Shown here in pieces: positions 20,470 to 30,970 of a stretch of 64,000 nucleotides of DNA. Every line of letters starts with the position of its first letter. Within the stretch, counting starts at the first letter, position 1. A program made the position numbers and the translations under genes. The stretch comes from Nannocystis pusilla (lineage in GTDB: Bacteria > Myxococcota_A > Polyangia > Nannocystales > Nannocystaceae). The stretch is taken from NCBI RefSeq assembly GCF_049337375.1, contig NZ_JBMPIV010000015.1; one strand, 5' to 3'. The notes beneath the pieces are model-generated. The model did no database searches, was not told the origin of the DNA, and saw nothing but the letters and a program-made list of their open reading frames with translations.

Positions 20470-20982
20470 ACGGGCCCGACCTTCAAGAGCGGTGCGCGGG
20501 TCGCTCGGCGCGAGGCCAGCGCGATTCATCGCAGGCGGCGGCCGATTCATGCGAGTGATGGGAATCGTCGACTCGTCGTTCGAGTCGCTACCGGTAGCGA
20601 GCGCTCGCGCCGGGATCCGTCGATTCGCAAATGCACCGAGGAGGCGGCGAGCACGGGAGCTCGCCGCATGGGTCGTCGGTGTTTCGGCTGCGAACGGCAC
20701 GGCGGGATCGGGTGGTCGTCGCCGAGGGACTCGAGTGTCGAGAAACGCGACGCGGTGTTTCAAATTCGACAGCCGCGCGGAGGCGAGGGAGATCGCCCGG
20801 GCCGCGTGCGGCGGAGGTGGGGCGTCCGGGCCGCCGGCGGGCGCGAGAGACGGGCTCGCTGCGCGGCTGGGGGGCCGTAGCCGCGGGTCTGGCTCCGGGC
20901 GGCGGGCGAAGGCGCGCGTCGCGCTCCGGGCCATCTGCCACTCGTCGGCGGGACCGTGGTGAGCGACAGTCGGGCCCCCGGC

Positions 20983-22053
20983 ATGTCCGTAAACGTTCCC
21001 AAGCCCATCACCGCGCTCGAGGCGCTGGAGCGTGCGCAGTGGATCGCGTTCGCCCCGTTCGTGTTCCAGGCCACCCGCGTGCTGCGCGACCGCGGGATCC
21101 TCCTCGCCATCGAGCGCAGCCGCGAGGGCCTCACCCTCGAGGAGGTCGCGGCGGCGGCGGAGTTGCCGATCTACGGCACGCGCGTGGTGCTCGAGGCGGG
21201 GCTCGGGATCGGGCTCGTGACCGAGGTCGACGGCCGCTATCGCATCACCAAGACCGGCGTGTACGTGCAGCACGATCCGATGACGCGCGCCAACTTCGAC
21301 TTCGTGCGCGACGTGAACTACCACGGGATCGCGGGGCTCGACGCGGCGGTGGCGTCGGGCAAGCCGGAGGGGCTCAAGGTGTTCGGCGAGTGGCCGACGG
21401 TCTACGCCGGGCTGTCGCAATTGCCGGAGTCGGTGCGAAAGTCGTGGTTCCAGTTCGACCACTACTATTCCGACGGGGCGTTCGGCGCGGCGCTGCCGCT
21501 GGTGTTCGCGGGCAAGCCGAAGCGGCTGCTCGACATCGGCGGCAACACGGGCAAGTGGGCGGCGGCGTGCATGCGGCACGACCCCGACGTCGAGGTGACG
21601 CTGATGGACCTGCCGGGGCAGCTCCGCAACGCCGAGCAGAACCTGCGCGAGGCGGGGCTGCTGGCGCGGGCGCGCTTCCACGAGGCCGACCTGCTCGACG
21701 AACGCTCGCCGGTCCCGACCGACTTCGACGCGATCTGGATGAGCCAGTTCCTCGACTGCTTCTCCGAGGCCGAGATCGTGTCGATCCTGCGCCGCTGCGT
21801 CGCCGCGGCCGGGCCGAATTGCAAGATCTACATCCTCGAGGCGTTCTGGGACCGCCAGCGCTTCGAGGCCGCCAGCTTCTGCCTGCAGATGACGTCGCTG
21901 TACTTCACGGCGGTCGCCAACGGCACCAGCCAGATGTACCGCTCGACGACGTTCCTCGCGTGCGTCCACGCGGCCGGCCTCGAGATCGAGCGCGAGTACG
22001 ACGACCTCGGGGTCAGCCACACGCTGCTGGTGTGCCGCCCGCGACCGATGTGA
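20983..22053 (+). CDS. Class I SAM-dependent O-methyltransferase (natural-product type with N-terminal dimerisation domain)
   Basis: SAM-binding motif LLDIGGNTGKWAAAC with a downstream acidic motif. 356 aa. Typical small-molecule OMT architecture. Confidence 0.75.
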   Translation: MSVNVPKPITALEALERAQWIAFAPFVFQATRVLRDRGILLAIERSREGLTLEEVAAAAELPIYGTRVVLEAGLGIGLVTEVDGRYRITKTGVYVQHDPMTRANFDFVRDVNYHGIAGLDAAVASGKPEGLKVFGEWPTVYAGLSQLPESVRKSWFQFDHYYSDGAFGAALPLVFAGKPKRLLDIGGNTGKWAAACMRHDPDVEVTLMDLPGQLRNAEQNLREAGLLARARFHEADLLDERSPVPTDFDAIWMSQFLDCFSEAEIVSILRRCVAAAGPNCKIYILEAFWDRQRFEAASFCLQMTSLYFTAVANGTSQMYRSTTFLACVHAAGLEIEREYDDLGVSHTLLVCRPRPM

Positions 22054-22152
22054 CGCGCGCACGCGTGGGCTCGGCCCGCGGGTGAGGACGGGCGCCGCGT
22101 CCGATCGACGACCGCGGCGCCGCGGCGTGGGGCCGCGGTACGTTGACCGTGG

Positions 22153-23445
22153 ATGGTCGTCGCCGTGCTCGCGCTGCTGGCCGCCCCGGTCGTGACGCCG
22201 GGGCAGGACGCTCACTACCGGCTCGACAACGGGCTCGAGGTGATCCTCCGCCACGACCGACGCACACCGCTGGTGGCGGTGCGGCTGCGGGTCCACGCGG
22301 GCAGCGTCGACGATCCGCGCGATCGCAGCGGGCTGGCCCACGTGGTCGAGCACGTGGCGCACGAGGGTTCGGCGCACGTCGATCGCAACCGGCGCGAGGG
22401 CCTCGAGTACGCGCTGTCGGCCCACGCGAACAACGCGGAGACAGGGTTTTATGCCACCGAGTATTATTATACGGCGCCGGCGCAGGCGACCGAGCACGTG
22501 CTGTGGATCGAGGCCGATCGCCTCGGCTTCGTGCGCGGGCAGCACGGCGCGCCGACGCTGGCGGGCGTGCGACGGATCGTGCTCAACGAGCGGCGCCAGC
22601 GGGCCGAGCAAGATCCGCTGGCGCGGCTCGAGATCCAGGCGCTGACCGCGTTGTTCCCCACGGGGCACCCGTATCACGGGGCGATCATCGGCAGCGCCGA
22701 CGACCTGGCGGCGGCGACGATCGCCGACGTCGACGCGTTCCTCGATCGATGGGTGCATCCGGGCAACGCGACGCTGGTGCTGGTCGGCGATCTGCCGGCG
22801 GAGACGCCTGGGTGGATCGAGCGGCAATTCGGCGGCCTGCCGGCGCAGCCGCGACCGCCGGCGCGCACGGTGCCGCCGGTGAGGCGAGCGACCGAGCTGC
22901 GCGTGACGGCCGAACGAGCGGTGGGGGCGGCGCCTGCCGTGCTGATGGCCTGGCCGTCGCCGGCGCTCGACGGCGACGGCGACGCGACCGCCGACGTGCT
23001 GGCAGAGGCGCTGGAGCGCGGCGGATATGTCCGGCTGGCGCGCGCGGAGGGTCCGCCGGAGGCGGCCGAATTTCAGGCGACGCAGCGCAGTCTGCCGAAT
23101 CAGTCGGTGTTCTTCGTGCGGGTGATCGGCCGCGTCGGCGGCGATCCGGGGCGCCTCGTGGCAGAGGTCGATCGCGTGCTGGCTCGCGTGGCCGAGGGAG
23201 CGCTGGCGGAGCCGGCCGTGCGACGCGCCCGCTTGCGGATCGCGCGGGAGCATCGCAGCGTACAGCAAGACCTGCAGGACCGTGCGGCCCTGCTGGCGGC
23301 GGAGGCGGCCGCCGGGAAGCCGCTCGGTGGGGCGCAGGACGTCGCGGAGTGGATGGCGGTGACGCCCGCGGAGGTGGCTCGCTTCGCGCGCGAGGTGCTG
23401 CGGCCGGAAGGACGCGTGGCGGTGTTGGCGGAGGGGGAAGGATGA
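22153..23445 (+). CDS. M16 family zinc peptidase (catalytic subunit, inverted HxxEH motif)
   Basis: AHVVEHVAHEG zinc-binding motif and downstream E. Confidence 0.8.
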   Translation: MVVAVLALLAAPVVTPGQDAHYRLDNGLEVILRHDRRTPLVAVRLRVHAGSVDDPRDRSGLAHVVEHVAHEGSAHVDRNRREGLEYALSAHANNAETGFYATEYYYTAPAQATEHVLWIEADRLGFVRGQHGAPTLAGVRRIVLNERRQRAEQDPLARLEIQALTALFPTGHPYHGAIIGSADDLAAATIADVDAFLDRWVHPGNATLVLVGDLPAETPGWIERQFGGLPAQPRPPARTVPPVRRATELRVTAERAVGAAPAVLMAWPSPALDGDGDATADVLAEALERGGYVRLARAEGPPEAAEFQATQRSLPNQSVFFVRVIGRVGGDPGRLVAEVDRVLARVAEGALAEPAVRRARLRIAREHRSVQQDLQDRAALLAAEAAAGKPLGGAQDVAEWMAVTPAEVARFAREVLRPEGRVAVLAEGEG

Positions 23446-24791
23446 GGCGCGGAGGCGTCACGAGGGCGTGGTTGCTGGCGTGGCTCCTCGGCGCGTGCGC
23501 GAGCAATCAGTCGTGGCGGCACACTGCGCCGGAGCTACCGGTGGCGGCGCCGCCGGTGGTCGCGCCGCGGATCGAGCGGCTGGGGCCGTCGCTGCTGCAC
23601 GTGGGGCGGGCGGGGCCGACGACGGCGATCGGGCTGGTCTTGCGGACAGGTGCGGAGATCGATCCGCCGCTGGCGAGCTTCACCCTCGAGCTGCTGGCCC
23701 GCGGGCCCGATCGGGCCGTCGAGGACGCGCTCGGCGAGCTCGGCGGGGCGATCGAGGTGGTGTGGCTCGGAGACGGGGCGCTGCTGCGGGTCGAGGTCGA
23801 GGCGTCGGCGTGGCGCGAGGCGCTGGCGATCGTGACTGCGGCGCTGCGCGGCGCGGAGCTCACGGCGGAGGACGTCGAGGCGCTGCGGCGCGAGCGGCTG
23901 GCGGCCCAGCAGCGGCGCGACGGCGATCCGGCGAGGCGGGGGCTGCACTTGCTGCAGCGCCGCCTGGCCCCGCGGCTCGACGCGCTCGGGGAGGCGCGCG
24001 CGACCGCGGGCTATACGATCGAACATGTCCGAAAAGCGCAGGAGCAGTGGCTGCGGGCCCGGCCGGCGCTGGTGGTCGTCGGGGAGGCGCCGCGGGCCGA
24101 GCTCGCGCGGGCGGCCGCGGGGGCGCTGGGCGAGTGGCCGGGGTCGTCCGACATGCCCGCGCCCGCGCCCGAGCTTGCGACGGCGCGCCGCGAGGTGCTG
24201 GTGGTGCCGCGACCGGGGCTGGCCCAGACTGCCATCGTGGTGGGTCGAGCGATCGCCGGCGACGCCGACGACCTCGCGCTCGAGCTGGCGTCGGCCGTGG
24301 TCGGCTCGGCCCTGCGCGAGGTGCTTCGGCGCGATCGCGGCGACACGTACAGCGTGGCGGTGAGCCACGCGCCGGTCCGGGGCGGCGGAATGCTGGCGAT
24401 CGAGACCCAGGTCGACGCGGCCGCCACCGGTTCGTCGCTGCGGGCCATGCTCTCGCAGCTGAAGGCGGCGCAGGGCCGCTTCTTGACCGGAGACGTGCTG
24501 CGCCTGCTCGGCCGCGCGTTCCAGGTCGAGCGCATGCTGGAGCACCAGCGACTTGCCGCCGTCATCGAGGCGGTGGCGCGGCTGCAGGTGGCGGGGCGGC
24601 CCGACGACGCCCTGGCGGCCGAGCTGCGCCGGCTCGGGGGCGTGCGCGACGACGACGTCGAGCGCGCGCTGGCGCGGTGGTTCGAGCCGGCAGCGATGCA
24701 GGTGGTGCTGGTCGGCGATCCCGCGACGATCCGCGCCCAGGTCGAGCCGCTCGGGCTCGGGCCGCTCAAGGTGATCGACGACGGGATCTGA
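23442..24791 (+). CDS. M16 family peptidase, lipoprotein, probably the non-catalytic partner subunit
   Basis: ATGA overlap with the preceding M16 gene. Lipobox LLGAC. M16 fold features without the HxxEH motif. Confidence 0.7.
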   Translation: MRRGGVTRAWLLAWLLGACASNQSWRHTAPELPVAAPPVVAPRIERLGPSLLHVGRAGPTTAIGLVLRTGAEIDPPLASFTLELLARGPDRAVEDALGELGGAIEVVWLGDGALLRVEVEASAWREALAIVTAALRGAELTAEDVEALRRERLAAQQRRDGDPARRGLHLLQRRLAPRLDALGEARATAGYTIEHVRKAQEQWLRARPALVVVGEAPRAELARAAAGALGEWPGSSDMPAPAPELATARREVLVVPRPGLAQTAIVVGRAIAGDADDLALELASAVVGSALREVLRRDRGDTYSVAVSHAPVRGGGMLAIETQVDAAATGSSLRAMLSQLKAAQGRFLTGDVLRLLGRAFQVERMLEHQRLAAVIEAVARLQVAGRPDDALAAELRRLGGVRDDDVERALARWFEPAAMQVVLVGDPATIRAQVEPLGLGPLKVIDDGI

Positions 24792-24860
24792 ATGATAGGA
24801 CATGTCATTTGTGACATGTCGGAAATATAAGTGTCACAAGGACATGTCTTGAAGAACATG
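24790..24860. repeat. AT-richer CATG-core hairpin cluster between convergent genes
   Basis: GGACATGTCatttgTGACATGTCgg...GGACATGTCttgaagaACATGTCC. Confidence 0.7.
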
Positions 24861-24986
24861 TCCTGGAGGCGTCGATACGATCCGGATCGACGCGAGGTCG
24901 CTCGTATGACGAGCCTCGCGCGTAGGAAAAGCCGGGGACCGACGCGGGCGCCCGGCTCGTGGGGGGACGCAGCGCTCACGCGCGGC

Positions 24987-26318
24987 TCACGACTTCGGCG
25001 GGAGCACGCGGAGGGCGATCCGGCGGTTCTGGGCGCGGCCCTCCTCGGTGGTGTTGGCGGCGACGGGGTGCTGCTCGCCGTAGCCCTCGGTCTCGATGCG
25101 ATCGCCGGGGACGCCGCGCGCGACCAGCTCCTTCTTCACGTTGTCGGCGCGCTCCTGCGACAGCTTGAGGTTGGCGTTCGGGTCGCCGGTGTTGTCGGTG
25201 TAGCCGCCGATCTTGATGTGCACGCTGGGATAGGCCTTGAGGATCGCGGCCAGGTTCTCGAGCTGCTCGTGCGAGCCGGCGGCCAGCGTCTGCGCGTTGG
25301 TGTCGAACACCAGGCGGTCGAACTCGAACCAGGTCTTGTCGTCGTACTTGGCGCCCTTGTCGCGCAGGAAGGCGAGCAGCTTGGCCTCGACGCCGTTCTC
25401 GGCGAACCGCAGCTCGCGGTTGACCTCGGCGACGTGGACGGGCTTGAGCTCGGGCTGGGCCTTCTGCGCCGGCGCGGCCTGTGGGGTCGGCGTGGTCGCG
25501 GGGGTCGGGGGGGTCGGGGGGGTCGCGCGCTTGCTCGCGGGCGGCGGAGCAGAGGGAGGCGTGCGCGTGGCGACGGCCGCCGGGGTCTCGTAGCGCGAGG
25601 CGGTGGTGTCGACCTGGCGCTCGGTCCGGCGGGCGTCGAGGAACCACCAGGCGAGCAGCGCCAGCGGCAACAGGGCCAGCGGGATGGCCCACCAGGCCGG
25701 CCGCCTGGGCTCGACGGCCGCGGGGTGCGGCAGGTGAGGCACTTGCGGCTGGGCCTCGCGGACGACGTCGTAGATCTGCGCGCGGCCGATCGTGCCCGCC
25801 AGCGACGGCGGCACCGCGTTCATGATCTCGCTCTGGTTGCCGAGCAGCGCCTGCCCGAGCGAGCCGACCGTCAGACCGCCGCCGCGCACCAGGCCGCCGA
25901 CCGCCCGCAGGACGAGCGGCGCCGCCATGCTCATCAACGAGGCGGCCGCGGTGCTGCCGATGCCGGCGTGGCGGGCCAGGCCGCCGACGACGTCTTCGGT
26001 GCGACCGCCGAACAGACTCGAGGTCAAGCGGGTGCCGAGGTCGCGCGCGCGGGTGGCCTCGGCGGCGCCGCTGAGCAGACGCGCCGGATCGTCGAGCGCC
26101 GAGCTCGTGAGCGCCGGATCTTGGGCCATGTTGAAGAATTCGCCGAGCGCCAGCGGATCGCGGGCTTTGTTGGCCAGACCGGCGAGCATGGCCGAGCCCG
26201 CGGCGGCCAGGCCCTTCGACGCCGAGGCGCTCGAGATCCCGAGGGCGGACGCGGCGCCGTTGACGATGCCGCCGGAGGTCAAGGCGTCGCGAACTGTGTC
26301 TGTCAGGGAGAACGTCAT
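24987..26318 (-). CDS. OmpA/MotB-family peptidoglycan-binding protein with N-terminal DUF937-like region and Pro/Thr-rich linker
   Basis: C-terminal OmpA-like domain GGYTDNTGDPNANLKLSQERADNVKKELVARGV...NRRIALRV. Transmembrane helix WWAIPLALLPLALLAWWF. Confidence 0.75.
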   Translation of the reverse strand: MTFSLTDTVRDALTSGGIVNGAASALGISSASASKGLAAAGSAMLAGLANKARDPLALGEFFNMAQDPALTSSALDDPARLLSGAAEATRARDLGTRLTSSLFGGRTEDVVGGLARHAGIGSTAAASLMSMAAPLVLRAVGGLVRGGGLTVGSLGQALLGNQSEIMNAVPPSLAGTIGRAQIYDVVREAQPQVPHLPHPAAVEPRRPAWWAIPLALLPLALLAWWFLDARRTERQVDTTASRYETPAAVATRTPPSAPPPASKRATPPTPPTPATTPTPQAAPAQKAQPELKPVHVAEVNRELRFAENGVEAKLLAFLRDKGAKYDDKTWFEFDRLVFDTNAQTLAAGSHEQLENLAAILKAYPSVHIKIGGYTDNTGDPNANLKLSQERADNVKKELVARGVPGDRIETEGYGEQHPVAANTTEEGRAQNRRIALRVLPPKS

Positions 26319-26527
26319 GGTGTTCCTTTCGAGTCGCGCGAAAGAGTAATCGGGACGCGCGATGCGACAACCCGACGCTGCGGCCGTCCGCTCGCGCTCA
26401 TGAAGGTCACCGGCGGCGCCGCGAGCGGCGCGGCGGCCCGCTCGTCACAATGACTCGAAGGACATGTCGAAACGGATATGTGGGCAGCGCCCGGGTCCGC
26501 GGGTCGGCGCTGTGATCCGCGCCGCGC

Positions 26528-28846
26528 TCACGAGGCCGCCGGCTCGCCGTCCTCGCCGTCGAGGATCCGCCGGACCAGACCGACCAGGGCCTCGCCGGTG
26601 AACGGCTTGGCGATGAAGCTGGCGGCGGCGTCGAGCTCGGCGGCGGCCTGCAGGGCGCGCTCGGGCGAGCTGCTGGTGAACAGGACGCGGAGGCCGGGGC
26701 AGCGCGCCGCGACCCGCTGGGCCAGGCTGGCGCCGCTGGTCCACGGCATCACCAGGTCGGTGACGAGGAGGTCGATCGCACCGCCGTTGCGCTCGCAGAT
26801 CAGCAGCGCCTCGGCCGCGTCGGCGGCCGCCAGCACGTGGTAACCGGCGGCCCCGAGCACGCGCAGCACGAGCCGCCGCACCGGCTCGCTGTCCTCGACC
26901 AGCAAGATGGTCTCGCCGCCGGGCTCGCGCGTCTGCGGCGCGGGCGCCGTCGACGGCCGGCGCGGCAGCGGCTCCTGGTCGCGCGGGAAGTAGATCCGGA
27001 AGGTCGTGCCGCGGCCCGGCTGGCTGTCGACGACGATCGCGCCGTTCGCCTGACGGACGATGCCGTAGACGATCGCAAGGCCCATGCCGGTGCCGAAGCC
27101 GGGCGGCTTGGTGGTGAAGAAAGGTTCGAAGATCCGCGCCCGCGTCGCCTCGTCCATGCCGCTGCCGTCGTCGCGCACGGTCATGACGACGCGCGGACCG
27201 GGCGGCAGGTCGAGGTGAGCGCCGTCGTCGTCGCCGGCCTCGAGGGTGGCGGTGGCGATGACGACGCGGCCGCCGACGCGGGTGGCGTCGCGGGCGTTGA
27301 TGACGAGGTTGACGAGCAGCTGATCGAGGTGGCCGGGGCCGATCCGCACCGGACACGGCGCGCCGGCCAGCGAGATGGTCAGGGTCCGCTCCTCGCCGAG
27401 CAGGCGGACGAGCATGCCGCGGAGCTCGCGGATCTTGGCGCCGAGGTCGATGACCTCGGGGGCGACGATGTCGCGCCGGCTGAAGCTCAGGAGCTGCTGC
27501 GTGAGCGCGGCGGCCCGCTCGCTGGCCTTGCGGATCTCCTCGAGGTCGGCGACGTCGGAGCCGGTGGCCTCGCTGGCGCCGACGCTCTTCTCGAGGATGC
27601 CGGTGTAGCTGAGGATCACGGTGAGGAGGTTGTTGAAGTCGTGGGCGACGCCGGCGGCCATGCGCCCGAGCACCTCCATCTTCTGCGCCTCCTGGAAGCG
27701 CCGCTCGAGGTGACGCTCGCGGGTGACGTCGACCACGTGGGTGAGCACGAGGTCGGGCGGGACGAAGCCGAACGAGACGACGAAGATCGCGGGCGGCCCA
27801 TCGCGTCGCGCGACCTCGACCTCGCGGCGGAGGGCGCCCTGGGTGGCGACGCAGGTCCTCATGGCGTCGACGAGCTCGGGGCGGTCGGGCAGCAGATCGG
27901 CGAGGTCGCGCCCGACCCAGGCCGACACGTGGCCGTCGCTGAGGGCGAAGGCCGCCCGGTTGTGATCGACGAGCACGAAGGCGTCGCCGCGCTGCTGCCA
28001 GCACACGGTGGCGATCGGCAGGCGCTCGTAGAGCTCGCGGGCGTGGCGCTCGCTGGCCCGCAGCGCGTCGACGATGTTGGCCCGCTCGACCAGGGCGCCG
28101 ATCCGGCCGGCGACGACGTGGAGCATCTCCTGCTCCTCGCGCAGGAAGTAGCGCGCGCAGGGGACCTGGGAGTCGGCGATCCGGCACACCTCGAGCACGC
28201 CGGCGGCCCGACCGCCGACGTTGATCGGCGCGGTCTGGCTGCACGGGTCGGCGGCGAAGCGCGACGAGGTGTAGAGGCGGTCGCCGAGCTGGATCCGCGC
28301 CGCGACCTCGGGCGGGTAGCAGTAGCCGCGCGGGATCCGGTCGGCGATCTGCCACAGCGCCTCGTCGAGCGTGATCTCGTCGCCGGCGATCGACGAGACC
28401 TCGTAGAGCAGCTCGAGCTCCTTGATCCGCTCGCGCAGGTCGTGCTCGGCGCGGCGCAGCGGCGAGATGTCGGTGACGAAGCCCTCGAGCACGGCGGCGG
28501 TGCCTTCGCCGCGCAGCAGCCGGCCGCGCTCCCACACGTGCTTGAGGCGGCCGGCGCGGTCGCGGATCCGGTACTCGATGGTGAACGACTGACCGGCGGC
28601 GATGGCCGTCTCGATGGCCGCCTCGACGGCGCGACGGTCCAGGGGAAAGATGAGATCGGCGTAGGACCGCCGCTCGCTCGCCAGCAATTCGTCGGGCCGA
28701 TAACCGGTCAGCTCGAGCGCGCCGGCGCTGACGTAGTCGAGCGTCCAGACGCGGTCGGCCCGGCAGCGATAGACCATCCCCGGCAGGCTGTCGACCAGCG
28801 CCGCGAGGTCGCACGGGGCGCCGGCGTGTCCCTCGGACTCGTGCAT
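26528..28846 (-). CDS. PAS-domain hybrid sensor histidine kinase with C-terminal receiver domain
   Basis: H-box [17 protein letters not shown]. HATPase G-boxes DDGSGMD and GTGMGLAIV. Receiver domain [15 protein letters not shown]...[10 protein letters not shown]. Confidence 0.85.
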   Translation of the reverse strand: MHESEGHAGAPCDLAALVDSLPGMVYRCRADRVWTLDYVSAGALELTGYRPDELLASERRSYADLIFPLDRRAVEAAIETAIAAGQSFTIEYRIRDRAGRLKHVWERGRLLRGEGTAAVLEGFVTDISPLRRAEHDLRERIKELELLYEVSSIAGDEITLDEALWQIADRIPRGYCYPPEVAARIQLGDRLYTSSRFAADPCSQTAPINVGGRAAGVLEVCRIADSQVPCARYFLREEQEMLHVVAGRIGALVERANIVDALRASERHARELYERLPIATVCWQQRGDAFVLVDHNRAAFALSDGHVSAWVGRDLADLLPDRPELVDAMRTCVATQGALRREVEVARRDGPPAIFVVSFGFVPPDLVLTHVVDVTRERHLERRFQEAQKMEVLGRMAAGVAHDFNNLLTVILSYTGILEKSVGASEATGSDVADLEEIRKASERAAALTQQLLSFSRRDIVAPEVIDLGAKIRELRGMLVRLLGEERTLTISLAGAPCPVRIGPGHLDQLLVNLVINARDATRVGGRVVIATATLEAGDDDGAHLDLPPGPRVVMTVRDDGSGMDEATRARIFEPFFTTKPPGFGTGMGLAIVYGIVRQANGAIVVDSQPGRGTTFRIYFPRDQEPLPRRPSTAPAPQTREPGGETILLVEDSEPVRRLVLRVLGAAGYHVLAAADAAEALLICERNGGAIDLLVTDLVMPWTSGASLAQRVAARCPGLRVLFTSSSPERALQAAAELDAAASFIAKPFTGEALVGLVRRILDGEDGEPAAS

Positions 28847-29163
28847 ATGCGCCTCAGCATAGCGGACGGGCCGCGCGTCTTCTCGCCCGCGAGCCGACGA
28901 CGCAGCCTCGACGCGAGGGACGGCGTTCGTGGCGCGGCGGCCGCGACACCTGATTCAAGGGATAGGTCCGTCGAAAAACGGGCTGTGGTCATTCAACCGC
29001 GCGTCGTCACCGCCGAGCGTCGGCAGCAGCAGACGAGCGGAGGACCTCGATCGTCGCTCCGCGGTCCACACGTGGGGGCCGGCCTCCTCGAGTCGTCAAT
29101 GAACCATGAGGCATGGCCTTCGGGACATGTCCCGACCGCCAGTCGGGGCCGGCGAGCCCGCGT

Positions 29164-30186
<1,023 letters not shown>

Positions 30187-30243
30187 CGGCGCGACTTTAC
30201 CGCGCTTGCGCGCGCGCGTGCGCCGGCCTACGGTCGCTCGCGC

Positions 30244-30867
30244 ATGGGCACCTGGGACGATGGCCTCTACGACAACGACTCCGCGCTCGACCTCGTCGGC
30301 AGCCTGGTGAAGCTGCCCGCGATCGACGCCCCGCCGGTCGCGCTGGCGGTGGGCATCGGCCTGGTCGCGTGGCTGCAACCGGTGGTGCTGAAGCTGCGCG
30401 GGGCGGACCACGTGGCCGCCGCGCTGGCGCACGGCGAGGCGCTGCCGGCGGACGCGCGCGAGGTGCTGGCCGGGCTCGCGCGCGATCTCGAGGGCGCGCT
30501 CGAGGGTCGCTCGCGCAGCGCGGCCGCGGAGGCGGTGATCGGCGGCTACAACGACGGCCCGCGGTTCGACGCGCTGCTGCGCGTGCCCGGCGGGCAGGCG
30601 AGCATCGACGCCCTGGGCGAGCGCGCGGGCGCGGTCCTCGATCGCGCCGACGACGGCGATCTTTACGAGGGCGCGGGCGACTACGGGGCGCTCGGTCTCG
30701 TCGTCGAGCTGGTCGACGCCGGTCTGTGGAAGCCTGCGCCGGAGCGCGTGGTCGCGTGGCAGGGTCGCTTCGACCGCGCCGACGCGGGCACGCCCGACGA
30801 GCGGGACTTCTGGGACAGCTACGCCGCGCGCGTGCGCCGGGGCTTCGAGCTCGTCCTGCGCGCGTGA
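30244..30867 (+). CDS. DUF4259 domain protein
   Basis: N-terminus [21 protein letters not shown] is the DUF4259 signature. 207 aa. Confidence 0.55.
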   Translation: MGTWDDGLYDNDSALDLVGSLVKLPAIDAPPVALAVGIGLVAWLQPVVLKLRGADHVAAALAHGEALPADAREVLAGLARDLEGALEGRSRSAAAEAVIGGYNDGPRFDALLRVPGGQASIDALGERAGAVLDRADDGDLYEGAGDYGALGLVVELVDAGLWKPAPERVVAWQGRFDRADAGTPDERDFWDSYAARVRRGFELVLRA

Positions 30868-30970
30868 GCGCGCCTCTCGCGATCGTGAGGCGCGGCCGCG
30901 GGGCTGCCGTCGCGCTGCGTCGACTCGTATGCTCGGGGCCCGCGACGTCCGCCGTCGCGACAGGAGCCCC

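Noticed and set aside
20470-20980. Possible tRNA or small gene in the 510-bp lower-GC spacer between thrS-like and OMT (GTTCGAGTC T-loop-like sequence near 20580; 70-aa ORF 20668-20880)
   Set aside because: No cloverleaf could be built. The ORF has low GC3 and no RBS at proper spacing. Left as an unexplained spacer worth checking for an sRNA.
22143-24791. 882-aa ORF suggesting a single fused M16 protein
   Set aside because: The N-terminal part is out of frame with the real first M16 gene (22153-23445). The genuine second gene starts at the ATGA overlap at 23442.
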